Origin: Acidobacteriota bacterium
GTDB taxonomy: Bacteria; Acidobacteriota; Terriglobia; UBA7540
Direction: 5' to 3'
Length of the DNA: 64,000 nucleotides
Assembly (NCBI GenBank): GCA_004298155.1
Contig: SCRD01000025.1
Coordinates: 21,022 to 85,021 of the forward strand
Under the pieces are notes generated by a model. It made no database searches, was not told the DNA's origin, and saw only the letters and a list, made by a program, of their open reading frames with translations. Below, one piece after another: positions 38,239 to 48,070 of this stretch. Each line of letters starts with the position of its first letter. Within the stretch, counting starts at the first letter, position 1. The position numbers were made by a program, and so were the translations under genes.

Positions 38239-39063
38239 CTAAGCGCCTTGACCGGGGCGAAGACCGGCTGCATCAGGGCTCATGGCCGGCAGATCAACTT
38301 TGGTAATCGACTTTTGCATGGCAATCAACTGCTGGATGGCTGGCCGCGCCAACTCAATCAGCCTTGCCATATCATCGTTGCCAAAAGGCAACCCTTCAGC
38401 GGTCGCCTGCACTTCCACAAAGCGGCCTGACCCGGTCATAACGACATTCATATCGACTTCGGCGCTCGAGTCTTCCGAATAATCGAGATCGAGCAGAGCC
38501 TCTTTCCCGATAATCCCAACGCTGATGGCAGCCACAAAATCGTTTAAGGGGATTCCGGAGATTACTTTCCTGTCCTTGAGTTTCCTGAAAGCAAGAGCGA
38601 GCGCGGCCATGGCGCCCGTGATGGATGCCGTGCGCGTCCCACCGTCCGCGCGGATGACGTCACAGTCAACCCAGACGGTCCGCTCTCCGAGTTTCTCGAG
38701 GTTTACGACGGCGCGCAAAGACCGGCCGATCAGCCGCTGGATTTCCATCGTCCGGCCGCTGGGCCGGCCGCGAGTTACCTCGCGGGGGGTCCGGATTTCA
38801 GTCGCGCGTGGGATCATAGCGTATTCGCTTGATATCCAGCCTTTGCCGGTTCCTTTCAGGAAGGCGGGCACTCCGGATTCCACTGAAGCTGTGCAGATCA
38901 CCCGGGTTTCGCCCAGGCGGATCAGGGCTGAGCCTTCAGCGCTGGAAATGAAGTCGGGAATAATTTCAAATGGCCGGATCTCCGATGCTGTACGGTGGCC
39001 TGCACGCACGAGCTTCCCTCCGGAATAGAGCAGGCCTGAAAGCGACTTAAGTGTTGAGGACAT
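38239..39063 (-). CDS. rph: Ribonuclease PH
   Basis: AEGSALIRLGETRVICTAS, RGRPSGRTMEIQRLIGRSLR and DCDVIRADGGTRTASITGA. The ATG at 39063 avoids overlap with the upstream gene. The C-terminal tail is extended. Confidence 0.9.
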   Translation of the reverse strand: MSSTLKSLSGLLYSGGKLVRAGHRTASEIRPFEIIPDFISSAEGSALIRLGETRVICTASVESGVPAFLKGTGKGWISSEYAMIPRATEIRTPREVTRGRPSGRTMEIQRLIGRSLRAVVNLEKLGERTVWVDCDVIRADGGTRTASITGAMAALALAFRKLKDRKVISGIPLNDFVAAISVGIIGKEALLDLDYSEDSSAEVDMNVVMTGSGRFVEVQATAEGLPFGNDDMARLIELARPAIQQLIAMQKSITKVDLPAMSPDAAGLRPGQGA

Positions 39064-39076
39064 AACATCTCCTGGT

Positions 39077-39682
39077 TTAGTGCGTTTGAGCAATCAGTGA
39101 CGGCTCCGGCGCGAAGCTGTCGGTCAGATCTATGTGGCCGTCCAGGGTCTGGGCCTCACCGCCCTGAACAAGGAACCTTACTTCCTTCACCTGGGTGATA
39201 TTCGCGCACAGCGAGTCCACAATTGAATAAATGGCCAGGCTTTCACTTTCAATCCCCGGCTGAAAGTCCGCCAACGCTTCCTGTGAAAGGTCAATTATGG
39301 CCGTCCCATCCTGCGAGAGAAAAACGGCCCTGATGGTTGTGGATGGCGCAAGGGCCGTCCCGTGGCCCTGGCGGGAGCCTTCTACGAGGGCTAGAAGGAT
39401 CTGCCGGATGGCCTTGATGTTGTCGGGAGAGAGCTTCAGAGACCGCGTCTCCGGAAGCAGATTTCCACCCGCATAGGAAGGAAAGTAGAGTGTGATGGTC
39501 TGGGTCTGGCCCCCAGACTGCTGCAGGGCTTCTTCGTTCAATTGCGTCCGCGCTGTTTGCTCCGACCGAAAAGTACTTTCAGCCGTTGGGGCAATGTGGC
39601 GCCGCAGAGTCATCAGGTAATGAATTCCCGCCGCCAGCACAACTGCGACGGCAATGCTTAATATCAGCGCGCGGCGCGACAT
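39077..39682 (-). CDS. GerMN-domain protein
   Basis: N-terminal TM helix and LYFPSY...LLPETR followed by a beta-rich domain. It sits immediately downstream of an amidase, a common pairing. Confidence 0.65.
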   Translation of the reverse strand: MSRRALILSIAVAVVLAAGIHYLMTLRRHIAPTAESTFRSEQTARTQLNEEALQQSGGQTQTITLYFPSYAGGNLLPETRSLKLSPDNIKAIRQILLALVEGSRQGHGTALAPSTTIRAVFLSQDGTAIIDLSQEALADFQPGIESESLAIYSIVDSLCANITQVKEVRFLVQGGEAQTLDGHIDLTDSFAPEPSLIAQTH

Positions 39683-39684
39683 GT

Positions 39685-41247
39685 TTAAGGCTGTCCTCCC
39701 TGTAATCCCGCGATGGCCGCAACCACGGCATCACTGATTTCCTGCTGAAAAGGCGGGTTGTTCAGCACGGCGGAATTGCCGTCTGGCGAAAGGCTCCCAA
39801 CTTCAATCGCAACGGCAGGCGCGGCGATGCTCTGCAAAACCCTCACTGGAACTTGCATGGGCGGGGACGATGCCACCTTTGTAGTCCTTTGCAGGTCCTG
39901 CTGCAGATCCTGTGCAAGACGGTTGCTCTGGTTTATAAAGCGCAGTTGCACTTTGTCCCAGTTGACGAAACGGGGCTGCGGGTCCGGGCCGGGGGTCATG
40001 GCCAAAGGCGACGACGGGCGATAACTGTAAACCATCACGCGGGGGGTCGATGGCCCAAGGTCGCCCGCGTGGAAAGAAATGAAAGCAATGGGGCGCGCGA
40101 GATTGGCTTCCGCAGCTCGTTGGTCAAATCCGACATTCGCATCGCCGGGCCGCGTGAGAACAACTCTGTATTTGCCGGTTGCCTCGAGCGCTTTCTGGGC
40201 CAGCGCCGCCAGTCGCGCCGTCAGGTTCTTCTCAAGCAGGCCGTCCTTTCCCTGCGCTCCGAGGTCGGTTCCGCCGTGCCCTGCGTCCAGCACAACCGTT
40301 GGCAGCGAAGGGCCGGGCGCTGTCACTGGAGTCGCCACCTGGGGCGCGGTTGCAGACGAAGGCGTGGCTGGAATGGGAGGTGGCGACGCGGGCTGAGGCG
40401 GCACCGGGGCCTGCTGCGCCATCGTTCGGCCCGGCTTCACGATGCTGGCAATCAGCACTTTTCCGCCTTCCCCCAGTTTGGGGTAGAAGTCAAAGCCTGC
40501 CGCCGAAGGAACCACGATCAGTTTGGGCAGACCGTCGTGGTCATCGAATTTCACCTGCGACACGTATGGGTTGTGGAAGTCGAAATTGGACTCAACGGGC
40601 TCAACGGGATTATTGCCCAGGTAGAGAATCCACTTTCCGTTCTGTGCCGCCGTGCGCAGGTTCACCTGATCTGCAAATTGAACGGTAAGCAGAGCGCCAT
40701 CCTGGAGCAGCGACAGTTGGAGTTTGAAGGAATTCGGCCTCATTCCTCCCACAAAAATACGGTTCTCCCCCTGCTTGTACTCGACAGTCTGGTTGGTGAT
40801 CGTTGGCAGTATGGTGGTCACAAAATCCACCGGCACCATCCACTCTCCATCCATGGACCGTACCGGTTGGGCCAGCCTGACGCGGGCGTTATTCAACCTG
40901 ACAGTCGGGTTGTCCTGCTGGAGCCTGATCTGCGTGTTGTTAAACCTTAACTCCAGTGACTTCTTTCGGCTTTTCAGGCTGCCGACAGTGCCAAAGAGGT
41001 TCAGAATCCGGAGCACAGGAAGATACTGGGCGTTACCGTAAGTTTGGGTCTGGAGAATGGATCGGGACTTCGGGAAGTAGAAAACAAAACTGTCGCTTCG
41101 GCCAATTCGCGGAACAAACAACAGAGCCATTCCGATGACCCCTGCAAGTGGGAGCCAGCGGAAGGCACGGAACTTGCGATTGTCGTGTTTAACCAAAGAT
41201 TTCACGCGCCGTAGGGTCCCGGTGGCAGGGCAAACCCGGAGGGCCAT
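39685..41247 (-). CDS. N-acetylmuramoyl-L-alanine amidase (AmiC-like) with N-terminal targeting domains
   Basis: Amidase_3 motifs VVLDAGHGGTDLGA, ISFHAG and LQSIAAPAVAIEVG. There is a Pro-rich linker. Confidence 0.85.
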   Translation of the reverse strand: MALRVCPATGTLRRVKSLVKHDNRKFRAFRWLPLAGVIGMALLFVPRIGRSDSFVFYFPKSRSILQTQTYGNAQYLPVLRILNLFGTVGSLKSRKKSLELRFNNTQIRLQQDNPTVRLNNARVRLAQPVRSMDGEWMVPVDFVTTILPTITNQTVEYKQGENRIFVGGMRPNSFKLQLSLLQDGALLTVQFADQVNLRTAAQNGKWILYLGNNPVEPVESNFDFHNPYVSQVKFDDHDGLPKLIVVPSAAGFDFYPKLGEGGKVLIASIVKPGRTMAQQAPVPPQPASPPPIPATPSSATAPQVATPVTAPGPSLPTVVLDAGHGGTDLGAQGKDGLLEKNLTARLAALAQKALEATGKYRVVLTRPGDANVGFDQRAAEANLARPIAFISFHAGDLGPSTPRVMVYSYRPSSPLAMTPGPDPQPRFVNWDKVQLRFINQSNRLAQDLQQDLQRTTKVASSPPMQVPVRVLQSIAAPAVAIEVGSLSPDGNSAVLNNPPFQQEISDAVVAAIAGLQGGQP

Positions 41248-41331
41248 CGCTGCCAGCCTGTTATTTTAGTCGAACCTTTCCCATGCGTGCAATTCCGCGG
41301 GCTGTTTCCACAAGGTCCTATCACAGTCGGT

Positions 41332-41769
41332 TCAATGGGGTGGTCCCAGCGAATAATTATGAGCATCACCCACTGCGCCTACCCCGATGTGGATGATGGA
41401 AACCCACCGCTCCAACTTGTGATGGCCTGTCCGATGCATCCAGTAGGAAACGCCGATCGAGGCCGCCGTCGCCGCAACCTCGATGGCGGCGAACAACTGC
41501 TTGTTGTCCACAATGTTGTTGGTCAACAGCACCTCATTGTTTCCCTGGCCTCGAAAATGCTGCGTCGAGGTGTAATCGAGCGCGCGCACCGCCGCTACAC
41601 CGCCAAACAGCGCCAGGTTGGTCCTGTCAAAGAAGCGGTGAGCGTTCCCGGAAAGCTTGGCAGGCAGCGCCTGCGCCCCCGATTGTCCGTAAGGTTGCCG
41701 GTCATATTGTTGGGCCTTGAGGCTGGCCGTAGCCGTTCCTAAGCCCAGCGCAAGAATGAGAATTATCAT
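41332..41769 (-). CDS. Hypothetical secreted/membrane protein
   Basis: Signal-like MIILILALGLGTATASLKA plus two C-terminal hydrophobic segments. The track start at 41985 would overlap the upstream gene, so the ATG at 41769 is preferred. Confidence 0.45.
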   Translation of the reverse strand: MIILILALGLGTATASLKAQQYDRQPYGQSGAQALPAKLSGNAHRFFDRTNLALFGGVAAVRALDYTSTQHFRGQGNNEVLLTNNIVDNKQLFAAIEVAATAASIGVSYWMHRTGHHKLERWVSIIHIGVGAVGDAHNYSLGPPH

Positions 41770-41855
41770 CCCGTGTCGACGGAACGCCTGTCCGCCCCGA
41801 CGACACTCTGGCCCGCTGCTTATCTTCTTCTGAACCGCCCGGCGGTTGTTTGCTT

Positions 41856-43514
41856 TCACCGCACCACCATCACGCCGTGCGCGGGCAAGTAAAGAGTGGT
41901 TCCTTTGTCGCTGACGCGGGCTTCCGAGGTGCCGAAAAGTTTCACGAATTTTGTTGCCTTGCCCCCCATGCCGGTCAGGTGGCACGCTACCGGCAATTCA
42001 GTGAAGTTGGCGATTGCGACGTGGCTGTGCATCGGGAAGATCGCGACGCGCGGAGGAGCGTCAAGGGAAGTGGGCACAAACTCCCCCACCGCAGCGCGCA
42101 GCGTTTTTAGCGCATCGCGGCTCTTTGGATCGAGCTGCTTCACTTGATCTCCCGCCGTGACGTAAGCCAGGCGCGGCAACTGGTCTGAGAAAACGATGAT
42201 CTTGCCGCTGCCTTCCGGAACCTGCTTCAGAAGTTCATCCTTTGCCAGAACGATATGGTTGTCCGGCGCGAGGCGAGGGTCAGCGTTCAACCGAAGTGCC
42301 AGGGACTCGCTCACGAATGCTGTTCCGCCGCTTTCGAGAAAGTTGTCAAGCTCCGGTACAAAGTTCGCGTTTTCCAGCACGTGGGCGGTGAACAGCGCCG
42401 CCCGCGCCTTTGCGGGGAAATGGGCCGTGGGCAAGAGCGGAATCCCCAGCATGCCGATCTGATCAAAAATATACGGTTCATTGCCGGGGTCGCTATTGGG
42501 AGGTTTGTAGGCCGGAATGCCGTCCCAGTCACCCACAAGTTTAGCCAGGCTTTCGAGTTCGGACCGATGGCCGGCCAGGGCGCCGGCCTGAGCGCGATAC
42601 TTGTCGGAATCGAGTTCGCCGTAGTGGAAGAGAAAGATTTCCGGCGCTCCGGCAAGGACCGTTACGTAAGCCTGGTCCAGATAGAACGCAGGATCTGTGC
42701 CGTAGGGATCGAACCAGCCACCGCCCTCTTTGGCTCCGGCAAAGTTGGCAAGCCACCGGTACAGGAAAAAGCCGCGATACTGCTGGGTGTGGCCCCATTC
42801 ATTGGAGCTGGGGTCGCGGAGTTCAGTACCTACCCAGATGCGGTCGTAGATCTCCGATTCCTTGTCCACCACATAGCCTCGATCCTGGAAGCTGTCATAC
42901 CACTGGGGAAACTTCAGAATGACTTTCACCTGCGGATTGACGGCCCGCGCCGCTCCCAGCACGTTCTTGTTGCTCATCTCAACCATCAGCTTGTCGCGAT
43001 ATTGCTTCCAGCTCATCGGTCCCTTCGCCGCCGTACACTCCGAGCATTCGCAGTCGGTGAAGAAGAAATCATCAATCATGATTTCGTTGAACAGGTTGGC
43101 GGCGTAGCGAAAGATTTCCGCAAGGTGCTGCTGGTTGGCACGATTGGTATAACACGCTGCGACCTTCCATCCGGTTGAGGGCTTGCCAAGGCCGGTGGTG
43201 GTGACGCATCCGGAAACCTGGAGCCCGGCATCACGGAAAAAGTTGCGCGAGGCTTTGAGCGTGGCGGCGTCGGACTGGTAGCCGTCGCGGAAGACTTCAA
43301 TGTAGACCTTTGAAATTCCCATCCGTCGGCAGAAAGCTAGAGCCTGTTCGCGCCCGGACGGCGTTGCGAGACGGTCGCGGACGTCCTGCGCGGTGAACAG
43401 CGTCTCCCATTGGGTCGCGCGAGCAACAGGGGCGCACGCAAGCAGCACGAGCAACCCCACGCTGGCAAGGTAGAAAGAACGGTGCAAGCTAAACCGGCAA
43501 TCAGAAACAGGCAT
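41856..43514 (-). CDS. Hypothetical secreted protein, possibly glycoside-hydrolase-like TIM barrel
   Basis: Signal peptide (LLVLLACAPVARA), alternating beta/alpha-like motifs (KVYIEVF, IMIDDFFF) and a Cys cluster DCECSEC. The functional guess is weak. Confidence 0.55.
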   Translation of the reverse strand: MPVSDCRFSLHRSFYLASVGLLVLLACAPVARATQWETLFTAQDVRDRLATPSGREQALAFCRRMGISKVYIEVFRDGYQSDAATLKASRNFFRDAGLQVSGCVTTTGLGKPSTGWKVAACYTNRANQQHLAEIFRYAANLFNEIMIDDFFFTDCECSECTAAKGPMSWKQYRDKLMVEMSNKNVLGAARAVNPQVKVILKFPQWYDSFQDRGYVVDKESEIYDRIWVGTELRDPSSNEWGHTQQYRGFFLYRWLANFAGAKEGGGWFDPYGTDPAFYLDQAYVTVLAGAPEIFLFHYGELDSDKYRAQAGALAGHRSELESLAKLVGDWDGIPAYKPPNSDPGNEPYIFDQIGMLGIPLLPTAHFPAKARAALFTAHVLENANFVPELDNFLESGGTAFVSESLALRLNADPRLAPDNHIVLAKDELLKQVPEGSGKIIVFSDQLPRLAYVTAGDQVKQLDPKSRDALKTLRAAVGEFVPTSLDAPPRVAIFPMHSHVAIANFTELPVACHLTGMGGKATKFVKLFGTSEARVSDKGTTLYLPAHGVMVVR

Positions 43515-43781
43515 TTTTAACCCTCTGCATAGCAAGAGTCAGCGGCGAACGGCCATCGCTCCAGGCGGGAGTGAACCCGAAACCGGAAAGGACAAATGAG
43601 AATAGCACCGCTCCACCTGGCCTGCAACGACCGCCAGGCGGGAGGAAATTGAATGACGATGGTCAAACGAAAATGATTCAACAGAAGGGAGCCATCCATG
43701 CTGATGGGCGGCGTGCATGAACCGCAATGGAAAGGATTATTCGGGCCCGCGTTCTGTGCGGCCCGATTTTTGGGTGCCCTG

Positions 43782-43975
43782 TGTTTTCAATAAAATGGCC
43801 CGGTTTGTTTTTCGGTTTGTTTCCGGTTCGTTTTTTCAGCCCTCTAGTGTTTTCAACAACTTCTCCGCTTCGTTTTCCGGTTCGTTTTTGGCTATTCATG
43901 TAGCCTTTCTCTTTGTTTTCAACAACTTCTCCGGTTCGTTTTTTAAAATACGTGTTTTTCGTCTCACGCACGTTA
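43782..43975. repeat. Degenerate tandem repeat, three units with 66-bp period, built from CGGTT(C/T)GTTTT sub-motifs
   Basis: The 29-nt cores TGTTTTCAACAACTTCTCCG(C/G)TTCGTTTT at 43848-43876 and 43914-43942 differ at 1 nt. A weaker copy starts at 43782. T-tracts recur every 11-13 bp. Confidence 0.75.
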
Positions 43976-44184
43976 ATTTCCAAAGGTGCGCAGCCAATTC
44001 CTGGTGCCTTGCGGCTGGCCCGAACCTACTTCAGCCGAGCGGAGGTTACGGTCACTCCGGCAGTCGCGGCAAAATTTGGCCGCTCATCTGATGCCGCCAC
44101 GGGCAAGGTCTAATTTCCAGTCCGCACGCCCCGCAAGCGGGCTTGTAACACAACGAGTAAGGCTAGCACGGTAGCGTAGATATG

Positions 44185-46449
44185 TCAAGGTTTTTCATCG
44201 AGCAGCCGGGCAACTTCCGCGGGATCGGAGGTCGGAAGTTTGCAGGCGTAGTTTTCGCACACGTAGGCGGTGGCTTTGCCGCCGATAGGGTGCATCCCCT
44301 CGATGAAAGGAAGCCATCCGGCGAGCTGCTTACCATCCGCGCCATCCACGAGCAAAAGGATCTTGTTGGGCAGATACCGCTGGTTTACAACGTCGAGCAG
44401 CGCCTGCGTATCCTGCCGGGCGCGATCGCCGGCGATAACCACCTGTTTCGACTTTGAGAGTGCGAAGTCCACAGCGGAAATCATCTGGGGAAGAGTTTCC
44501 GGGGAGTGCTCAATCTGGCGGCTGAAGGCGAGAAAGATCTTATCGGCCCTTTCGCGCCAGGCCGGGCGGTTGGCCATTTCGGCAAGCCGCAGCAGGTTCA
44601 TGGCAGCCACAGAATTGGGGGAAGGTTCGGCGCCGTCATAGGCATCACGCATTCTCACTAGAATGGATTTGTCCCCTGGCGAGGTCTGGAAATAGCCGCC
44701 GCCTTGTTCGTTCCAGAAGAGGCGATCCTGGGTTTCCTGCAGGTGGATGGCCCAGGCAAGGTCCGAGACGCGGAATGAGGCTTCGTAGAGGTCGAGCAAT
44801 CCCTGGACAAGGCCGGTATAGTCGTCAAGAAAACCGCTGATGCCCACATCGCCCTTTCGGTAGCGGCGTTTCAGTGTGCCGTCGTGCGCATTGTAGAGCC
44901 TGGATTGGATGAAATCGGCCGCGCCTTGTGCCGCCTGGACGTATGCAGGCTCGCCGAGCGCCTGCCCGGCACGCGCGAAAGCGGAAATCATCAGGCCGTT
45001 CCAGGAAGTCAGAATTTTGTCATCCAGGGGTGGACGTGGCCGCTGATTGCGGGCCGCGAGCAGCTTGCTGCGGGCATCGGCGAGCGCCGCGCGGATTTCT
45101 TCCTGCGGCTTGTCGAAATGCTTTGCGGTTTCCTTGACGGAATATGCCACCTGGAGAATGTTCTTTCCCGCGAACTCGCCCTGAGGATCGTTCTGCGAAG
45201 CGACGTTGCCGTCGTGTTTTACGTCGTAGGCATAGCCAAAGATGGCGGCTGCATCCGGGCCGAGAACTTCTTCAATCTGGTCGGCAGTCCATAGATAGAA
45301 CGCACCCTCGCCGTGTTCGGGCTTGTTTTTTTCAATCTGGCTGTCAGCGTCTTCAGCGCTGAAAAACCCGCCCTGCGCGCTATGCATGTCGCGCAGAACG
45401 TAGCCCAGAATGTCGCGCGCAGTATCGGCGTAAAACGGATCGTGGGTGATCTGGTAAGCCTCGATATAGGTGATGGCCAGTTGCGCCTGGTCATAGAGCA
45501 TTTTTTCAAAGTGCGGCACGTGCCACTTTGCATCCACCGAATAACGGTGAAACCCGCCGCCCAGGTGATCGTGGATGCCGCCTTCCGCCATGGCATGCAG
45601 GGTGTGGAGCGTCATCTGCAACGCGGGCTGGCCGCCCGTGCGCGCATAATGCCGCAGAAGAAAATTGAAAACCACCGGGCGTGGAAACTTGGGCGCGCCG
45701 CCGAACCCGCCATTCGCCGGATCGTAACCCGATTTGATCTGCCGGTAAGCGGTACTCAGGGTTTCGTCGGTAAAATTAGCTTTCTCGGGTGCGGGTGCGT
45801 TGGCAGACTTTTCCAGCTGTTCCAACACTTCGGCGGCGGACTGTTCAATGCGGGCGCTATCTTTCTTCCACGCTTCGGCCACCCGCTCAAGAACGGTGCT
45901 GAAACCCGGACGCCCATAACGGTCTACGGGAGGCCAGTAGGTGCCGCCGAAAAAGGGCTTGAGGTCCGGCGTGAGGAAAACCGACATTGGCCAGCCTCCG
46001 CTTCCGGTGGTGGCCTGCACGAAGGTCATGTAGACCTTGTCGACATCCGGACGCTCTTCGCGGTCCACCTTGATATTCACAAAGTCTGCGTTCATGATCC
46101 GCGCGATTTCAGGGTCTGTGAACGATTCACGCTCCATCACGTGGCACCAGTGGCAGGTGGAGTAGCCGACGGAAAGAAAGATGGGCTTGTTTTCACGTTT
46201 CGCAAGATCAAAAGCTTCCTGGCCCCAGGGATACCAGTCCACGGGGTTGTGGGCGTGCATCAGGAGATAGGGGCTGCTCTCATCGATGAGATGGTTGCTG
46301 TAGTCGTGCGAAACCCGGTGTGCTCCGCCTTCGGTCATGGATTCAACTCCTTGTTTGATGGTGCCAGCCGAGGGATGCCAAAGCCAGACCGCAACCGCCA
46401 TTACAACGGACAGCGCCAGAATCCAGCTTTTCTTGCGGTGCCCCAACAC
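44185..46449 (-). CDS. Thioredoxin-domain protein, DUF255 / YyaL (SSP411-like) with six-hairpin glycosidase-like domain
   Basis: [43 protein letters not shown], and a long alpha/alpha toroid-like C-terminus. There is an N-terminal TM helix. Confidence 0.9.
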   Translation of the reverse strand: MLGHRKKSWILALSVVMAVAVWLWHPSAGTIKQGVESMTEGGAHRVSHDYSNHLIDESSPYLLMHAHNPVDWYPWGQEAFDLAKRENKPIFLSVGYSTCHWCHVMERESFTDPEIARIMNADFVNIKVDREERPDVDKVYMTFVQATTGSGGWPMSVFLTPDLKPFFGGTYWPPVDRYGRPGFSTVLERVAEAWKKDSARIEQSAAEVLEQLEKSANAPAPEKANFTDETLSTAYRQIKSGYDPANGGFGGAPKFPRPVVFNFLLRHYARTGGQPALQMTLHTLHAMAEGGIHDHLGGGFHRYSVDAKWHVPHFEKMLYDQAQLAITYIEAYQITHDPFYADTARDILGYVLRDMHSAQGGFFSAEDADSQIEKNKPEHGEGAFYLWTADQIEEVLGPDAAAIFGYAYDVKHDGNVASQNDPQGEFAGKNILQVAYSVKETAKHFDKPQEEIRAALADARSKLLAARNQRPRPPLDDKILTSWNGLMISAFARAGQALGEPAYVQAAQGAADFIQSRLYNAHDGTLKRRYRKGDVGISGFLDDYTGLVQGLLDLYEASFRVSDLAWAIHLQETQDRLFWNEQGGGYFQTSPGDKSILVRMRDAYDGAEPSPNSVAAMNLLRLAEMANRPAWRERADKIFLAFSRQIEHSPETLPQMISAVDFALSKSKQVVIAGDRARQDTQALLDVVNQRYLPNKILLLVDGADGKQLAGWLPFIEGMHPIGGKATAYVCENYACKLPTSDPAEVARLLDEKP

Positions 46450-46721
46450 GCAGGTTTGATCCCTTCAACCTTTACAAAGGCATTATATCGAGAATGGAGG
46501 GCATGTTGAAATCGCCGTGGAGGTAACTACCTTTGAGCTCGGCGGGTGCTCACTTCGGGACCGGCTGGGTGCAATGCGAGAATGGAGTGGACGACACTCC
46601 CACTCAGGAGCGCGAGACCAGAATAGGTTCCACGTCCCCGAAGAAAAATGAGCCCGCGCAGAAAGAAACAGACAATTGCCGCGGCTCCCCCGTTTTCACG
46701 GCGTTGATTGAACCAGCACCC

Positions 46722-47486
46722 CTACAGGAAACGCCGAAACCACTCCACCGTCTGGCCAATCACCGCGGCCTCCCACGCGACTGATGTGAAGGTGTGGTCT
46801 GCGCCGGGGATGATGACTTTCTGTTTGATGCTGGCTCCCGATGCCTGCAAAAAGTCTCCTGCGTGCGAGAGGGGAACGGTCGCATCTTTGCCGGGGTGAA
46901 TGATCCGTGTTGGCTTTCGAAACCGGCGGATGGCCCCCAGCGGATCGACCTTCGCGGCGTCCCTCAGAAAGCGGGCGGAGATGAGGCGGGCGTCATATTC
47001 AAAATCGCCCGGATGGGTCGGCGATGATTTCCCCAAATCGTTCGACAACTGCTGAAGAATTGCGGGGTGCGCCACGGCACTCCACAGGACCAAAGCTCTG
47101 GCGTTTGCCGCCTGCGCAACGCAGGCCGCCACGCAGCCCCCCAGTGAAAGCCCGCAAAGTCCCAGCCTGCCCGGATCGATCCCTTTTTGGCGCTGCATGA
47201 AGCGGATGGCAGCCCGGGCGTCGGCGATTTCACTTTGGAGAGTGGCATCATAGAAATCTCCTTCGGATTCACCGGACCCATAGAAATCAAACCGCAGACT
47301 TGCAATCCCTTCACGCGCGAGGGCGCGTGCGCACTTGATAAAGATCCAATGCGATTCCATGCGGTCGCCGGTAAAGCCGTGGAAAAAAACGACCCCAGGG
47401 TGTTTTCCCCGACCGCCGGCTGGCCGGTGGATCATGCCCCGCAGCAATTTACGGCGCAGGTTGTAAAATTCAACAGGAAATTCCAT
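46722..47486 (-). CDS. Alpha/beta hydrolase
   Basis: VVFFHGFTGD, the nucleophile elbow GLCGLSLGG, and a C-terminal GADHTF His motif. Confidence 0.8.
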   Translation of the reverse strand: MEFPVEFYNLRRKLLRGMIHRPAGGRGKHPGVVFFHGFTGDRMESHWIFIKCARALAREGIASLRFDFYGSGESEGDFYDATLQSEIADARAAIRFMQRQKGIDPGRLGLCGLSLGGCVAACVAQAANARALVLWSAVAHPAILQQLSNDLGKSSPTHPGDFEYDARLISARFLRDAAKVDPLGAIRRFRKPTRIIHPGKDATVPLSHAGDFLQASGASIKQKVIIPGADHTFTSVAWEAAVIGQTVEWFRRFL

Positions 47487-47615
47487 GAATCTCTATGGCA
47501 TACCTGGCGTATGTTCGATTTTCAGGGCAGCCGGTTAGTACCGCAAGGGAGCTTCGCTCCAGGCCGCCATTTCCCGCCTGGTAACGGAAAATGCAGGCAA
47601 ACCTGGAGTTCTCCT

Positions 47616-48044
47616 TTATGAGCGAGGCTTTGCGCCCTCCTTCATAATCTTGTAGCCATCCTTTTGCCAGGATTCGATGCGGCAAAACGATGTGGCCTGA
47701 TATCCCATCTTCCGAAGTTCCAATGCGGCGCGAGAGCTCCGTCCTCCGTGTTCACAGGTGGTGACGATGGTAGTTTCTTTTGAAATGTGCATTCCACCGA
47801 TCTTCGCAGCGAGTATGTCAATCGGGACGTTAACAGCTTCTGGTATATGGCCTTTGGCGTATTCATCAGGTGTACGGACATCGAGCACCAGAACTTTTCC
47901 CTTGCGGCCGAGTATTGAGTGGAGGTCTCTTGCGGACGTCTCCGGAACGCCGGTAGTGACGGATGGATGCTTCTGGGGAAGGGCAGTAAGCGAGGCTGCT
48001 AATATACAAAGGACGGCCAAGCCCAGGCCGACTTTCAGTCCCAT
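47616..48044 (-). CDS. Exported single-domain rhodanese-like sulfurtransferase
   Basis: Signal peptide, LVLDVRTPDEYAKGHIPEAVNVP, and the active-site loop CEHGGRS. Confidence 0.85.
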   Translation of the reverse strand: MGLKVGLGLAVLCILAASLTALPQKHPSVTTGVPETSARDLHSILGRKGKVLVLDVRTPDEYAKGHIPEAVNVPIDILAAKIGGMHISKETTIVTTCEHGGRSSRAALELRKMGYQATSFCRIESWQKDGYKIMKEGAKPRS

Positions 48045-48070
48045 AAGGTGTTCTCCTTTCCGGGCGTCCG

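Noticed and set aside
43782-43975. Possible mini-CRISPR array (about 29-nt repeats with a 66-bp period).
   Set aside because: There are only three units and the first is highly degenerate. The would-be spacers share the same T-rich sub-motif as the repeats. No cas genes or leader are present in the window.
43678-44091. ORFs 43678-43983(-) and 43717-44091(+) as real small proteins.
   Set aside because: Both are simply translations of the tandem repeat (KRTGEVVEN / VFNNFSGSF) in an AT-rich spacer. Neither has a start context or any family resemblance.
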